NCBI GenBank assembly: GCA_964558915.1
Contig: CAZLFV010000003.1
Location: 743-64,742, forward strand
Direction of reading: 5' to 3'
Length of the DNA stretch: 64,000 nt
DNA from: an uncultured Eubacteriales bacterium
GTDB taxonomy: Bacteria; Acidobacteriota; Aminicenantia; Aminicenantales; UBA8522
In this document: one piece after another, positions 57,107 through 64,000 of the stretch
How positions within the stretch are numbered: position 1 is the first letter of the stretch
Layout of the letters: each line of letters begins with the position of its first letter
The notes under the pieces: model-generated
What the model saw: the letters and a program-made list of their open reading frames with translations, nothing else
Database searches by the model: none
What the model was told of the DNA's origin: nothing
Position numbers and translations under genes: made by a program

Positions 57107-58612
57107 ATGAAAGTCCTCCTGGCCGGGTACAATGTCGACCGGGATGTTATTGAAGACCTGAAGCGTCATACGCCGCCAAGGGACGACGTCACCCCCGAGA
57201 CCCTTTCGGCCTCTTATGCCCGCATCTCGCGCGACCCGCGGCCAGTGGACGAGCTGCGGGCGGCGGCCCGGCGAGAGGTGGAAAGGGCCCGCCGCTCCAA
57301 CCAGACGATTATCTTCAAAATGGGACATCATTCGGTCGCCGAGCATGCCATCTTCAACTTTGATATTATTGGCGTCAGTCGCCTTGCGGTTGAGGAGATC
57401 GAGAAGTTTCGCCTCTGTTCGTATACGGAAAAATCCCAGCGGTATATTCGTCTGGGGGACGATTTTGTCCTGCCCAAAGAGGTCAAGAACGCGGGGCTCG
57501 AGGACGTTTTTCTCAAGACCATCAGGGCCCAGAATGCGCTCTATCATAGGCTTTATGAAAAGCTCCGGCCGTTCCTTTTTAATAAATACAAGAAAATCGC
57601 CCAAAATCCCCAGAATCATCCTGTCCTGGATGGCTGGGCCAAAGAGGATGCCCGGTATATTGTCAGCCTGGCCACCCAGGGCCAGCTGGGAATGACCATC
57701 AACGCTCGCAACCTCGAGCTTCTGATTCGCCGCTTTGCGGCCAAGAAGCTGGCCGAAATCAAAGAGCTCAACGCCAAAATCTACGCCCGAGCCAAAGACG
57801 TCGCGCCTTCGATTATCCTTTTTACAGAAGCCAGCGATTTTGACGCTAAGGCTTACGCCGATGTCGCGACCGCTGTCAGCTTACTGTTGGGGAAAAGCAA
57901 AGGGAAATCATTCGCCTGGGAGAAGGATCGTGCGGCTGTCCGATTAGTTGATTACACCCCGGGTGGAGATGACAGAATCCTCGCCGCCCTCCTTCATTCC
58001 TCAAGCTCTCTACCCTATGTGCGCTGCTTCGACAGGATGAGGACGTTGACGGCAAGAAAGAAAAAGGAAATTATAAAAACGGCTTTGCGGCGCATGGAAT
58101 TCTATGATTTTCCGCTCCGGGAGTTCGAGTATGCCGACCTGACGTTTGCGCTCATTGTCTCGGCTTCCTCCTTCGCCCAGATCAAGCGTCACCGCATGGC
58201 CACTTTGACCTGCCAGGACTACGACCCGGCGCTGGGCGTGACTATCCCGCCTTCTGTGGAGGAGATTGGGGCCCGCTCTGAGTTCATGGAGGTCATCGAA
58301 AGGACGAATGAAACCTACGCCCGGTTGAAAAATGAAGTCGCTGAGGCCTCCGCCTATGTTTTAACCAACGCGCACCGCCGGAGAGTTCTGCTCAAGGTAA
58401 ATGCGCGGGAGCTTTACCATGTCTCGCGGTTGCGCCAGGATCCCACGGCGCAGTGGGATATCCGCCAGACTGTCGGCCGGATGGCGGAATTGGCCAGGAA
58501 GGTAATGCCCCTGAGCTTTCTCCTCCTCGGCGGTAAAGAGGATTATCCGGAGCTCTATAAAGACGTCTTCGGAAAAGATCCCAAGTTTTTCCCTCCTCGT
58601 TACCTAAAATAG
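57107..58612 (+). CDS. thyX: FAD-dependent thymidylate synthase ThyX, tandem two-domain form
   Basis: There are two ThyX-like halves. The first has HHSVAEH...SYTEKSQRY and the second has IKRHRMATLTCQDY...AQWDIR. The ATG at 57107 is preferred over the ORF-track start at 57047. Confidence 0.85.
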   Translation: MKVLLAGYNVDRDVIEDLKRHTPPRDDVTPETLSASYARISRDPRPVDELRAAARREVERARRSNQTIIFKMGHHSVAEHAIFNFDIIGVSRLAVEEIEKFRLCSYTEKSQRYIRLGDDFVLPKEVKNAGLEDVFLKTIRAQNALYHRLYEKLRPFLFNKYKKIAQNPQNHPVLDGWAKEDARYIVSLATQGQLGMTINARNLELLIRRFAAKKLAEIKELNAKIYARAKDVAPSIILFTEASDFDAKAYADVATAVSLLLGKSKGKSFAWEKDRAAVRLVDYTPGGDDRILAALLHSSSSLPYVRCFDRMRTLTARKKKEIIKTALRRMEFYDFPLREFEYADLTFALIVSASSFAQIKRHRMATLTCQDYDPALGVTIPPSVEEIGARSEFMEVIERTNETYARLKNEVAEASAYVLTNAHRRRVLLKVNARELYHVSRLRQDPTAQWDIRQTVGRMAELARKVMPLSFLLLGGKEDYPELYKDVFGKDPKFFPPRYLK

Positions 58613-58648
58613 CTTTAACACCAAATTATGGGATCGTCCTTTGACGCT

Positions 58649-59227
58649 TTATTTACCTTGTTTTTTGTCTTTCTTAAATTCCAGGTTACAAAAAATGTCC
58701 TGGTTGATGTCTTTTGTTTCCTGTGAGGAGGGGACTATGTCAAGGGGAATTTCAATCTGGACTTCACGAGGCGGAAAACAGGTGACGCTATTACAAGCCT
58801 GATAGGTCAATTTCCCCTTGAGTTTCTGGGACCCGAGCGGCAATTCTTTTCTGGCCTGGACGAGGACACCTATAATAACGGTTCCTTCATAGACGACAAG
58901 CTCGGATTCAGAATAACTGAACCGGGCTGATCTCGGAGCTGGATAGAGATATTCCTCAATTCGCAGGCTTGGTTGATTTTCTAGGAGAAGTTCGGTCGGG
59001 ATAAGATAGGGATCGGCGATTTTGTTTCCGTTGATGTGATATCCCGGCGCAATGCTCACGCGGATAGCGACCTTGAACGAATCACCCGGACGGATTTTGT
59101 CCCTCGAGATGAAAGAAGTCGCTTTAACGAAAGAATCATCAGCAGCTGAACAGAGAATACAGAGCAAAAAAAACCAGGTGAAGAAAACAAAAATAACAAT
59201 TGCGGATCGAGGGGATAGGCTTCGCAT
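58649..59227 (-). CDS. Stand-alone DsbD alpha-domain-like (DsbD_N / PF11412-type) exported protein
   Basis: Signal/TM N-terminus, ...GYHINGNK..., and TYQACNSVTCFPP (Cys pair followed by PP). Confidence 0.7.
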   Translation of the reverse strand: MRSLSPRSAIVIFVFFTWFFLLCILCSAADDSFVKATSFISRDKIRPGDSFKVAIRVSIAPGYHINGNKIADPYLIPTELLLENQPSLRIEEYLYPAPRSARFSYSESELVVYEGTVIIGVLVQARKELPLGSQKLKGKLTYQACNSVTCFPPREVQIEIPLDIVPSSQETKDINQDIFCNLEFKKDKKQGK

Positions 59228-59300
59228 TTTCGGAGCAAGGTTTTACGTTAAGTGAGGGGTCAATTTTTGTCAAGCTAGGGCATGCGCATGTCGATCTGCC

Positions 59301-59328
59301 TTGACATTAGCAATCTGGCAACTATATA
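59301..59328 (+). promoter_or_regulatory. Sigma-70-like promoter (TTGACA - 16 nt - TATATA)
   Basis: TTGACA at 59301-59306 and TATATA at 59323-59328. Alternatively, TATATT at 59325-59330 gives an 18-nt spacer. Confidence 0.45.
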
Positions 59329-59335
59329 TTTTGGG

Positions 59336-59496
59336 CAGACCGGCAACCCGGTTTGAGGGGTGTAGGTACCCGGTTGAGCGAAACTTCTGAAGGGAGTTCC
59401 CACCTGGTGTCTCGGCCAGACAAGGACAATAATCCCCCCTGGAGAACTCCAAGACAGAGATAGAGCTGATAGGTCGAAGACCTGGGACCGGATAAA
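59336..59496 (+). promoter_or_regulatory. Structured ~160-nt 5' leader candidate upstream of the TlpA-barrel gene
   Basis: An 8-bp hairpin spans 59336-59355. ACCCGGTT(T)GAG is directly repeated at 59346 and 59368, which offers alternative pairing. A 7-bp long-range stem pairs GGAGTTC (59393-59399) with GAACTCC (59444-59450). Confidence 0.3.
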
Positions 59497-61452
59497 GTGA
59501 CGAAATCCGTTGCCACGATTCCATGGCTCTTTGCGTGCCTGAGTTCCCTTTTTTGCTTGTTGGCGCAGGCCCAGCAGGCCATCGATTTCACTCTTAAAGA
59601 CCTCTCGGGTCATTCGCAAAGGCTAGGCGACAACTATTCTAAAGGCCCGGTCCTTCTCAATTTTTGGGCGACCTGGTGTGTTCCCTGCGCCAAGGAACTC
59701 CCCCATCTCGAGAAGCTTTATGATCGGTTTCAGGAAAGGGGCCTCCGGATTCTTGCCGTAAACGTGGACGCGCCGGACAGGCTGGCCCTGGTCTCCAATT
59801 TCATCAGCCGGTACGGATACACCTTTCCTGTGCTCCTGGACACAGAATCAAAGGTTGTCTCGCTTTACAATCCCAGCCTGGTTCTTCCTTATACGGTGCT
59901 TGTAGACAGAAGCGGCAGAATCCGCTATGCCCATGAAGGGTATAGCCCCGGCGACGAAAAATTATTGGAGGAAGAGATCCTCCGAGTTTTGGCTGAGCCG
60001 GAAATTAAACCCAAGGCTAAAGTCGCTCTCCATGCCAACGAATCTTTTCTCCTCCGGCTGCTGAATGAGGAGTCTGAAGTAAATAGGCGTCATGGAGAAT
60101 TTTCCGAGATCATTAATCAACTCGACCTGACAGTTTCGGGACGCGGAATACTAGTGAGCGCCCGCCTGGATTCAAACGTGGGCTTCTCACCGTCGCAACA
60201 GCAGACACGCCTGGCCAAACGCTTTGCCGAGTACTCCAGCGGGGGTTTCCGGGCGAGGGCAGGCGATTATTATCATTCCCTGGGCCGAGGGCTTGTTTTG
60301 AGCGTACTCAAGGTTTTTGAGGAGGAAGGTCTGGAGTATGTCATTGATACGACGATTGACGGAGGCCTGGTTTCCGTTGACACCGGTCGCCTATCAGCCC
60401 AGGTCTTTGGCGGATGGGTTGACCGGCCGGAAGATATTAGTGTAAAGGACAAAACGGTGGGTGGAACTGCGGGCTTCCGGCTTCAGAAACTGGGGAGAGT
60501 TGTATTTAATTATATTTATGCCGACCTTAAGCCAGGATCCGAGTTTGGAAACAGGAATGTCAACCAGGGATCTCTGGCCCTGGATATGGCTAATCTCGGA
60601 GGCAAAGCCAAGGTTTATGGCGAGTTCTCGCTCCTCAGGCGCTGGGCTTATGAGGCCAGCGCTCCGATCGACGGGCACGGCCTCTATCTGGAGTCCGGAC
60701 TTCACCTGGGGGATTTTTCCCTCCTTCTCGAGGGCAAAGACTATAAGGAACTCAATTTCGAGTACAGCCGGCCACCCGTCCTTGAAAGCGAGGAGCTCGA
60801 TATCCTGGCTGACCAGTTCGATACGGATCGCACAGATATACTTGGAATTTCTGCTCGGCTGAGTTGGTTTTTGCCCGGCTCGGCGACTCTTTTCTACGGA
60901 AAAGTTCTCTATGTCAGAGACAACCCAGAACAGCATCCCATTTATGGAGCTTACGACCGCGAAATTTGGCATCTGTTTGCCGGCGTTGAGAAGAAATTCC
61001 AAAATGCGGGCTACCTGAACGGACTGGTCGGATGGAGAGAGGAGAGCGATACGTCCATCGCCTTTTTGGCCACAGACGGACGGACATTTCACGATCAGCT
61101 CAATGCCAGCTGGCCGCTTGCCCGAACGCTGAGCTTGGAGGCAGACTGGAAACACAAGGCCTTTGATGGTCAGTATTATGATTACTATGAAATAAGGTCC
61201 TATCTCTCTCTTCATAAATCCCCGCGCTGGGTGCTCACCCTTTTTTTTGAGAGGACCACTGACCCGGTGATCGTCTTTTTCGCAAATAAAAAAAATTGGT
61301 GGGCCGGCCAGATCGAAGTCAAGCTCGCCGGCGCTTATTCATTGCGGCTGTTTGTGGGTTCGACCAAAGGATCGACAAAATGCGCCGGCGGCGTTTGCCA
61401 AGTTTTTCCCCCTTTCGAGGGCGTTCGATTGGAAGCGATTCTGCGTTTTTAG
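59497..61452 (+). CDS. TlpA-like thioredoxin domain fused to a C-terminal beta-barrel-like domain (DUF6029-like)
   Basis: GTG start and a signal peptide ending ...LLAQAQQ. The redox motif is WATWCVPC. The C-terminal ~470 aa are beta-rich, end in ...RLEAILRF, and carry CAGGVC near the end. Confidence 0.72.
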   Translation: MTKSVATIPWLFACLSSLFCLLAQAQQAIDFTLKDLSGHSQRLGDNYSKGPVLLNFWATWCVPCAKELPHLEKLYDRFQERGLRILAVNVDAPDRLALVSNFISRYGYTFPVLLDTESKVVSLYNPSLVLPYTVLVDRSGRIRYAHEGYSPGDEKLLEEEILRVLAEPEIKPKAKVALHANESFLLRLLNEESEVNRRHGEFSEIINQLDLTVSGRGILVSARLDSNVGFSPSQQQTRLAKRFAEYSSGGFRARAGDYYHSLGRGLVLSVLKVFEEEGLEYVIDTTIDGGLVSVDTGRLSAQVFGGWVDRPEDISVKDKTVGGTAGFRLQKLGRVVFNYIYADLKPGSEFGNRNVNQGSLALDMANLGGKAKVYGEFSLLRRWAYEASAPIDGHGLYLESGLHLGDFSLLLEGKDYKELNFEYSRPPVLESEELDILADQFDTDRTDILGISARLSWFLPGSATLFYGKVLYVRDNPEQHPIYGAYDREIWHLFAGVEKKFQNAGYLNGLVGWREESDTSIAFLATDGRTFHDQLNASWPLARTLSLEADWKHKAFDGQYYDYYEIRSYLSLHKSPRWVLTLFFERTTDPVIVFFANKKNWWAGQIEVKLAGAYSLRLFVGSTKGSTKCAGGVCQVFPPFEGVRLEAILRF

Positions 61453-61976
61453 AGATATTTCTCGATTTGGCTGATGATGGAGGATTCATCATAGCCAGCT
61501 TCCTTGTACCGGATTGTCATCTTCCGGTCGAGGATAATGTTGAGAGGAACATAACCCTCTCCGTAGATATTCCACAGCGTTTGGGAATTATCGTCCAGCA
61601 CGGGAAAGGTCAATTTGTACTGGCTTGCCCAATCTGCTGGAGAGCCGCTAATGAGGAGAGTGATGATTTGAAAGCCCCTAGCTTTATAGTTCTGAAATAG
61701 GGCCTCGAGATGCCCGGCTTCCTCCCGGCAAGGGCCGCACCAGTCGGCTGAAAAATTAATGAGGATGACCTTTCCGTAATATTGGTAGAGGCTTATTGTC
61801 TGCCCGCGCTGATCTATGGCAGAAAAATCGGCCGCGGTGTCACCAACCTTGGAACCATAGGACGGAGGCGGAGGCGACGGAGGGGAGGGGCTCGTTGGGC
61901 TCTCCTTCTTGCAGGCGGTGAAAAAGCTCACGGCGAGAAACGTGACCATGAGAATGATTGCTGCCCTAAATCTCAC
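61449..61976 (-). CDS. TlpA-family thiol-disulfide oxidoreductase lipoprotein
   Basis: GTG start. Lipobox ...SFFTAC, a Pro/Ser linker and the redox motif SADWCGPC. Confidence 0.85.
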   Translation of the reverse strand: MRFRAAIILMVTFLAVSFFTACKKESPTSPSPPSPPPPSYGSKVGDTAADFSAIDQRGQTISLYQYYGKVILINFSADWCGPCREEAGHLEALFQNYKARGFQIITLLISGSPADWASQYKLTFPVLDDNSQTLWNIYGEGYVPLNIILDRKMTIRYKEAGYDESSIISQIEKYL

Positions 61977-62015
61977 GCTTTCACCCTAATACTTGGCTGC
62001 TGACAAGTCGAATTA

Positions 62016-62045
62016 ACTATACTCTTATAAGTAAACTCTTGTCAA
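62016..62045 (-). promoter_or_regulatory. Sigma-70-like promoter on the minus strand (TTGACA - 18 nt - TATAGT)
   Basis: Plus-strand TGTCAA at 62040-62045 and ACTATA at 62016-62021, upstream of the 61976 start. Confidence 0.45.
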
Positions 62046-62165
62046 TTTTCTATTGAATTTGCGAAGCAATTTCGCGTGGGATCATGGAAAGCTGTCCGAG
62101 CCAGAAGTGCCGCTTTTTGCTATTTCTGATGGGCCGGATGTTTGGGCAGCTTGTTTTGCGCTTTC

Positions 62166-63581
62166 CTAAAACGGACCCCATTTCATCAAGATAGGAGGGA
62201 TGAGCGCGATTAAGCTGAAGACGATCAGGATCAGCATGAGCGGGACAAACCATTTGGCCCATTTTTCCCAGGGAATCTTAGCGACGCCGAGCACCCCCAT
62301 CGTGACCGCCGAAGTCGGGAGGATCGGGTTGATCACTTCGCATAGCTGGAAAGCGAGCACCATGGTCTGCCTAGTGATCCCCACAAGATCGCTCAAAGGA
62401 GCCATAATGGGCATGGTCAGAGCGGCCTGGGCTGTCCCGGAATGGATGAAGAAATTGATGATCCCCTGGGTCAAGAACATCATTTGAGCCGTGATGATCC
62501 CGGGAACGGCTGAAATCAGGCCCGCCGCAGAATGCAAGACTGTGTCAAGGACTACGGCCTCCTTCAAGATGATCAGAATGGCCCGGCCTCCGGCAATGAT
62601 GAACGTCACGTTGAGGACATCTTTGGCCCCGGAGACAAAACTCACGGCCATTTCCGAAGGCTGAATCCGGGCGGCGATTCCGGAGACCAGGCCGATTCCC
62701 AGAAAAAGAGCGGCGATTTCTTCCATGTACCAGCCCTTGGCCATGATGCCGTAGACGAGCAGTATGACTCCGCCGAACAGGATGAGCAGGGTGATTTTCT
62801 GGCTGAGGCCCCAAGGAACTTGCTTGGAAGGGTCGTCTGAAAGAACGTAACCCCGGGCCTTGTCGATCTCGTAGACCAGGCTTTTTTCCGGATTCTTTTT
62901 TATTTTATGGGCATAGACCATCACAAAGACGATGGCGACAATCGTAGCGATCACCCAGAGGACCAGCCGGTAGCCCAGGCCTGAATAGAGCGGAAGGTCG
63001 GCGAGCCCCTGAGCGATCCCGACCGTAAAAGGATTGAAAAAGGCGGCGGAAAAACCGACTGCCGAGGCGAGGAACACCAAGGCCACGCCGACGATCGAAT
63101 CATACCCGAGCGAGAGCGCAAACGGAATGAAAATGAGGACGAAGGGAATGGATTCCTCGGCCATCCCGTAGATCCCGCCGGCTAGGGAAAAGACGATCAT
63201 CAGCACCGGGATCACGAATTTCTGCGTCCCAGGCTTCCGGGAGAAAAACCGGGCCAGCTTTTGAATGCCAGCGTCAATGGCGCCCGTTTTGCCGAGGATG
63301 CCGAAGACGCCGCCGAAAACAAGGATGAGGAAGATGATCAAAGCGCCGTCCTGGAACCCGCGGATCGGCGCAATCAGGAGCCATTCCGGCCCCAGGAACT
63401 TTTTGGCCGTGGTGGCATATGTCCCTGGAACGGTGATCAGCTTGGTCTGCCCCTGGATGGATTTTTCGGCTCGCTGGTACTGGCCGGAAGGGACCACAAG
63501 ACTCAGAAGATAGACAGCGATGACCAGGGCATAAATCAGGACGAGAGTGTGAGGGAGTTTGAACGCAATGCCTTTTTTCAT
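62166..63581 (-). CDS. yfcC: YfcC-family (DcuC-like) anion/amino-acid carrier
   Basis: 471 aa, polytopic, with the N-terminus MKKGIAFKLPHTLVLIY typical of YfcC. Confidence 0.82.
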   Translation of the reverse strand: MKKGIAFKLPHTLVLIYALVIAVYLLSLVVPSGQYQRAEKSIQGQTKLITVPGTYATTAKKFLGPEWLLIAPIRGFQDGALIIFLILVFGGVFGILGKTGAIDAGIQKLARFFSRKPGTQKFVIPVLMIVFSLAGGIYGMAEESIPFVLIFIPFALSLGYDSIVGVALVFLASAVGFSAAFFNPFTVGIAQGLADLPLYSGLGYRLVLWVIATIVAIVFVMVYAHKIKKNPEKSLVYEIDKARGYVLSDDPSKQVPWGLSQKITLLILFGGVILLVYGIMAKGWYMEEIAALFLGIGLVSGIAARIQPSEMAVSFVSGAKDVLNVTFIIAGGRAILIILKEAVVLDTVLHSAAGLISAVPGIITAQMMFLTQGIINFFIHSGTAQAALTMPIMAPLSDLVGITRQTMVLAFQLCEVINPILPTSAVTMGVLGVAKIPWEKWAKWFVPLMLILIVFSLIALIPPILMKWGPF

Positions 63582-63659
63582 GATGGCCTGTCTCGAATTT
63601 TGGAAGGACCATTTTATCTTTTTATGAATTCGAAAGGAAGAGCCCGTTCGTGGGATGAT

Positions 63660-64000
63660 TTATAGCCGGATTGAAAAACCGAGTCGCGCGCTTCTTGGGA
63701 TCTGAAGCGCATTGGCCAGCCGGAGGCCGGTTGAGAAGGCATATTCAGAGAGTTCGCTGCCGCAATCCATCAGATTGAAAAACGAAAGGTCAAGCTCTGC
63801 CTCTGAACCCCATAATTTAAATCGATAACGGAGATGGACGCTGATATCTGAGAGATAATCTTCCCTCGGGCCTCCTTTCTGGCCCTTCTGATTTTCCGCC
63901 TTGATTGTCCTATAGCTGAATACCCACTGGCCATAGCGATAGACTGGGTCAATAAAAGCAAAGGGAGCACCGTCTCTGTATTTGACATTCGCGGCCACGA
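63660..64000 (-). CDS. Outer-membrane beta-barrel protein, C-terminal fragment (5' end outside window)
   Basis: The frame is open to the window edge, so the apparent GTG start is an edge artefact. It shows an alternating beta pattern and ends ...RLGFSIRL. Confidence 0.4.
   Translation of the reverse strand, partial: VAANVKYRDGAPFAFIDPVYRYGQWVFSYRTIKAENQKGQKGGPREDYLSDISVHLRYRFKLWGSEAELDLSFFNLMDCGSELSEYAFSTGLRLANALQIPRSARLGFSIRL

Noticed and set aside
59336-59496. Assignment of the structured leader to a known riboswitch class (cobalamin, TPP, SAM, c-di-GMP, Mn/yybP, ZTP, fluoride).
   Set aside because: I could not find the conserved core strings of any of these classes by eye. It is kept only as an unclassified structured-leader candidate.

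Overview
The window is a dense, almost fully coding stretch of a bacterial chromosome. I saw no rRNA, tRNA, CRISPR array, transposase or integrase. The gene content (rubredoxin, rubrerythrin and erythrin-like proteins, KorAB, RtcB/archease, PolX, GWxTD) suggests an uncultured anaerobe or microaerophile. The lineage cannot be assigned from the sequence alone.

Gene blocks:
- 0-16.4 kb: a beta-L-arabinofuranoside / L-arabinose locus. It holds a LacI-type regulator fragment, a BNR/sortilin-type propeller protein, two GH127 lipoproteins, an SSS transporter with small orphan genes, araB, araD, a FucI/AraA-family isomerase and a Zn-ADH.
- 16.4-21.4 kb: an RsbRD_N-like protein, deoC, a divergent thyA-like gene, a UbiA-type phosphoribosyltransferase and DUF362.
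- 21.4-26.5 kb: a minus-strand rodZ-like / ntrY / ntrX / recO string.
- 27-35 kb: nfi, ftsEX, mutM, an erythrin / rubredoxin / reductase / beta-barrel operon, and purA.
- 35-38.8 kb: a DUF438/hemerythrin/PAS protein, a repeat-rich 0.5 kb non-coding region, a small desulforedoxin-like ORF, a 5'-truncated MBL frame and phzF.
- 38.8-42 kb: a transglutaminase-propeller protein and a GWxTD protein.
- 42-50 kb: korAB, nfu / nifS / iscU / tusA, nadA, rubrerythrins and an M50 protease.
- 50-58.6 kb: nth, the AmmeMemoRadiSam radical SAM enzyme, YkgJ, archease-rtcB, polX and a tandem-domain thyX.
- 58.6-64 kb: an extracytoplasmic thiol-redox trio, yfcC and a partial outer-membrane gene.

No classical defence or mobile system is visible. 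The items I consider most worth follow-up are:
- The thiol-redox module, which has a TlpA domain fused to a beta-barrel and sits behind a structured leader.
- The tightly coupled orphan genes around the SSS transporter in the arabinose operon.
- A degenerate dispersed repeat family with at least three copies, one of them next to a self-contained desulforedoxin-like cassette and a truncated gene.
- An ftsX gene without a canonical start codon.
- An NtrX-type regulator with a degenerate GAFTGA loop.
- A fused double-domain ThyX with complementary motif decay.

All functional calls come from motif recognition by eye. No database search was run.
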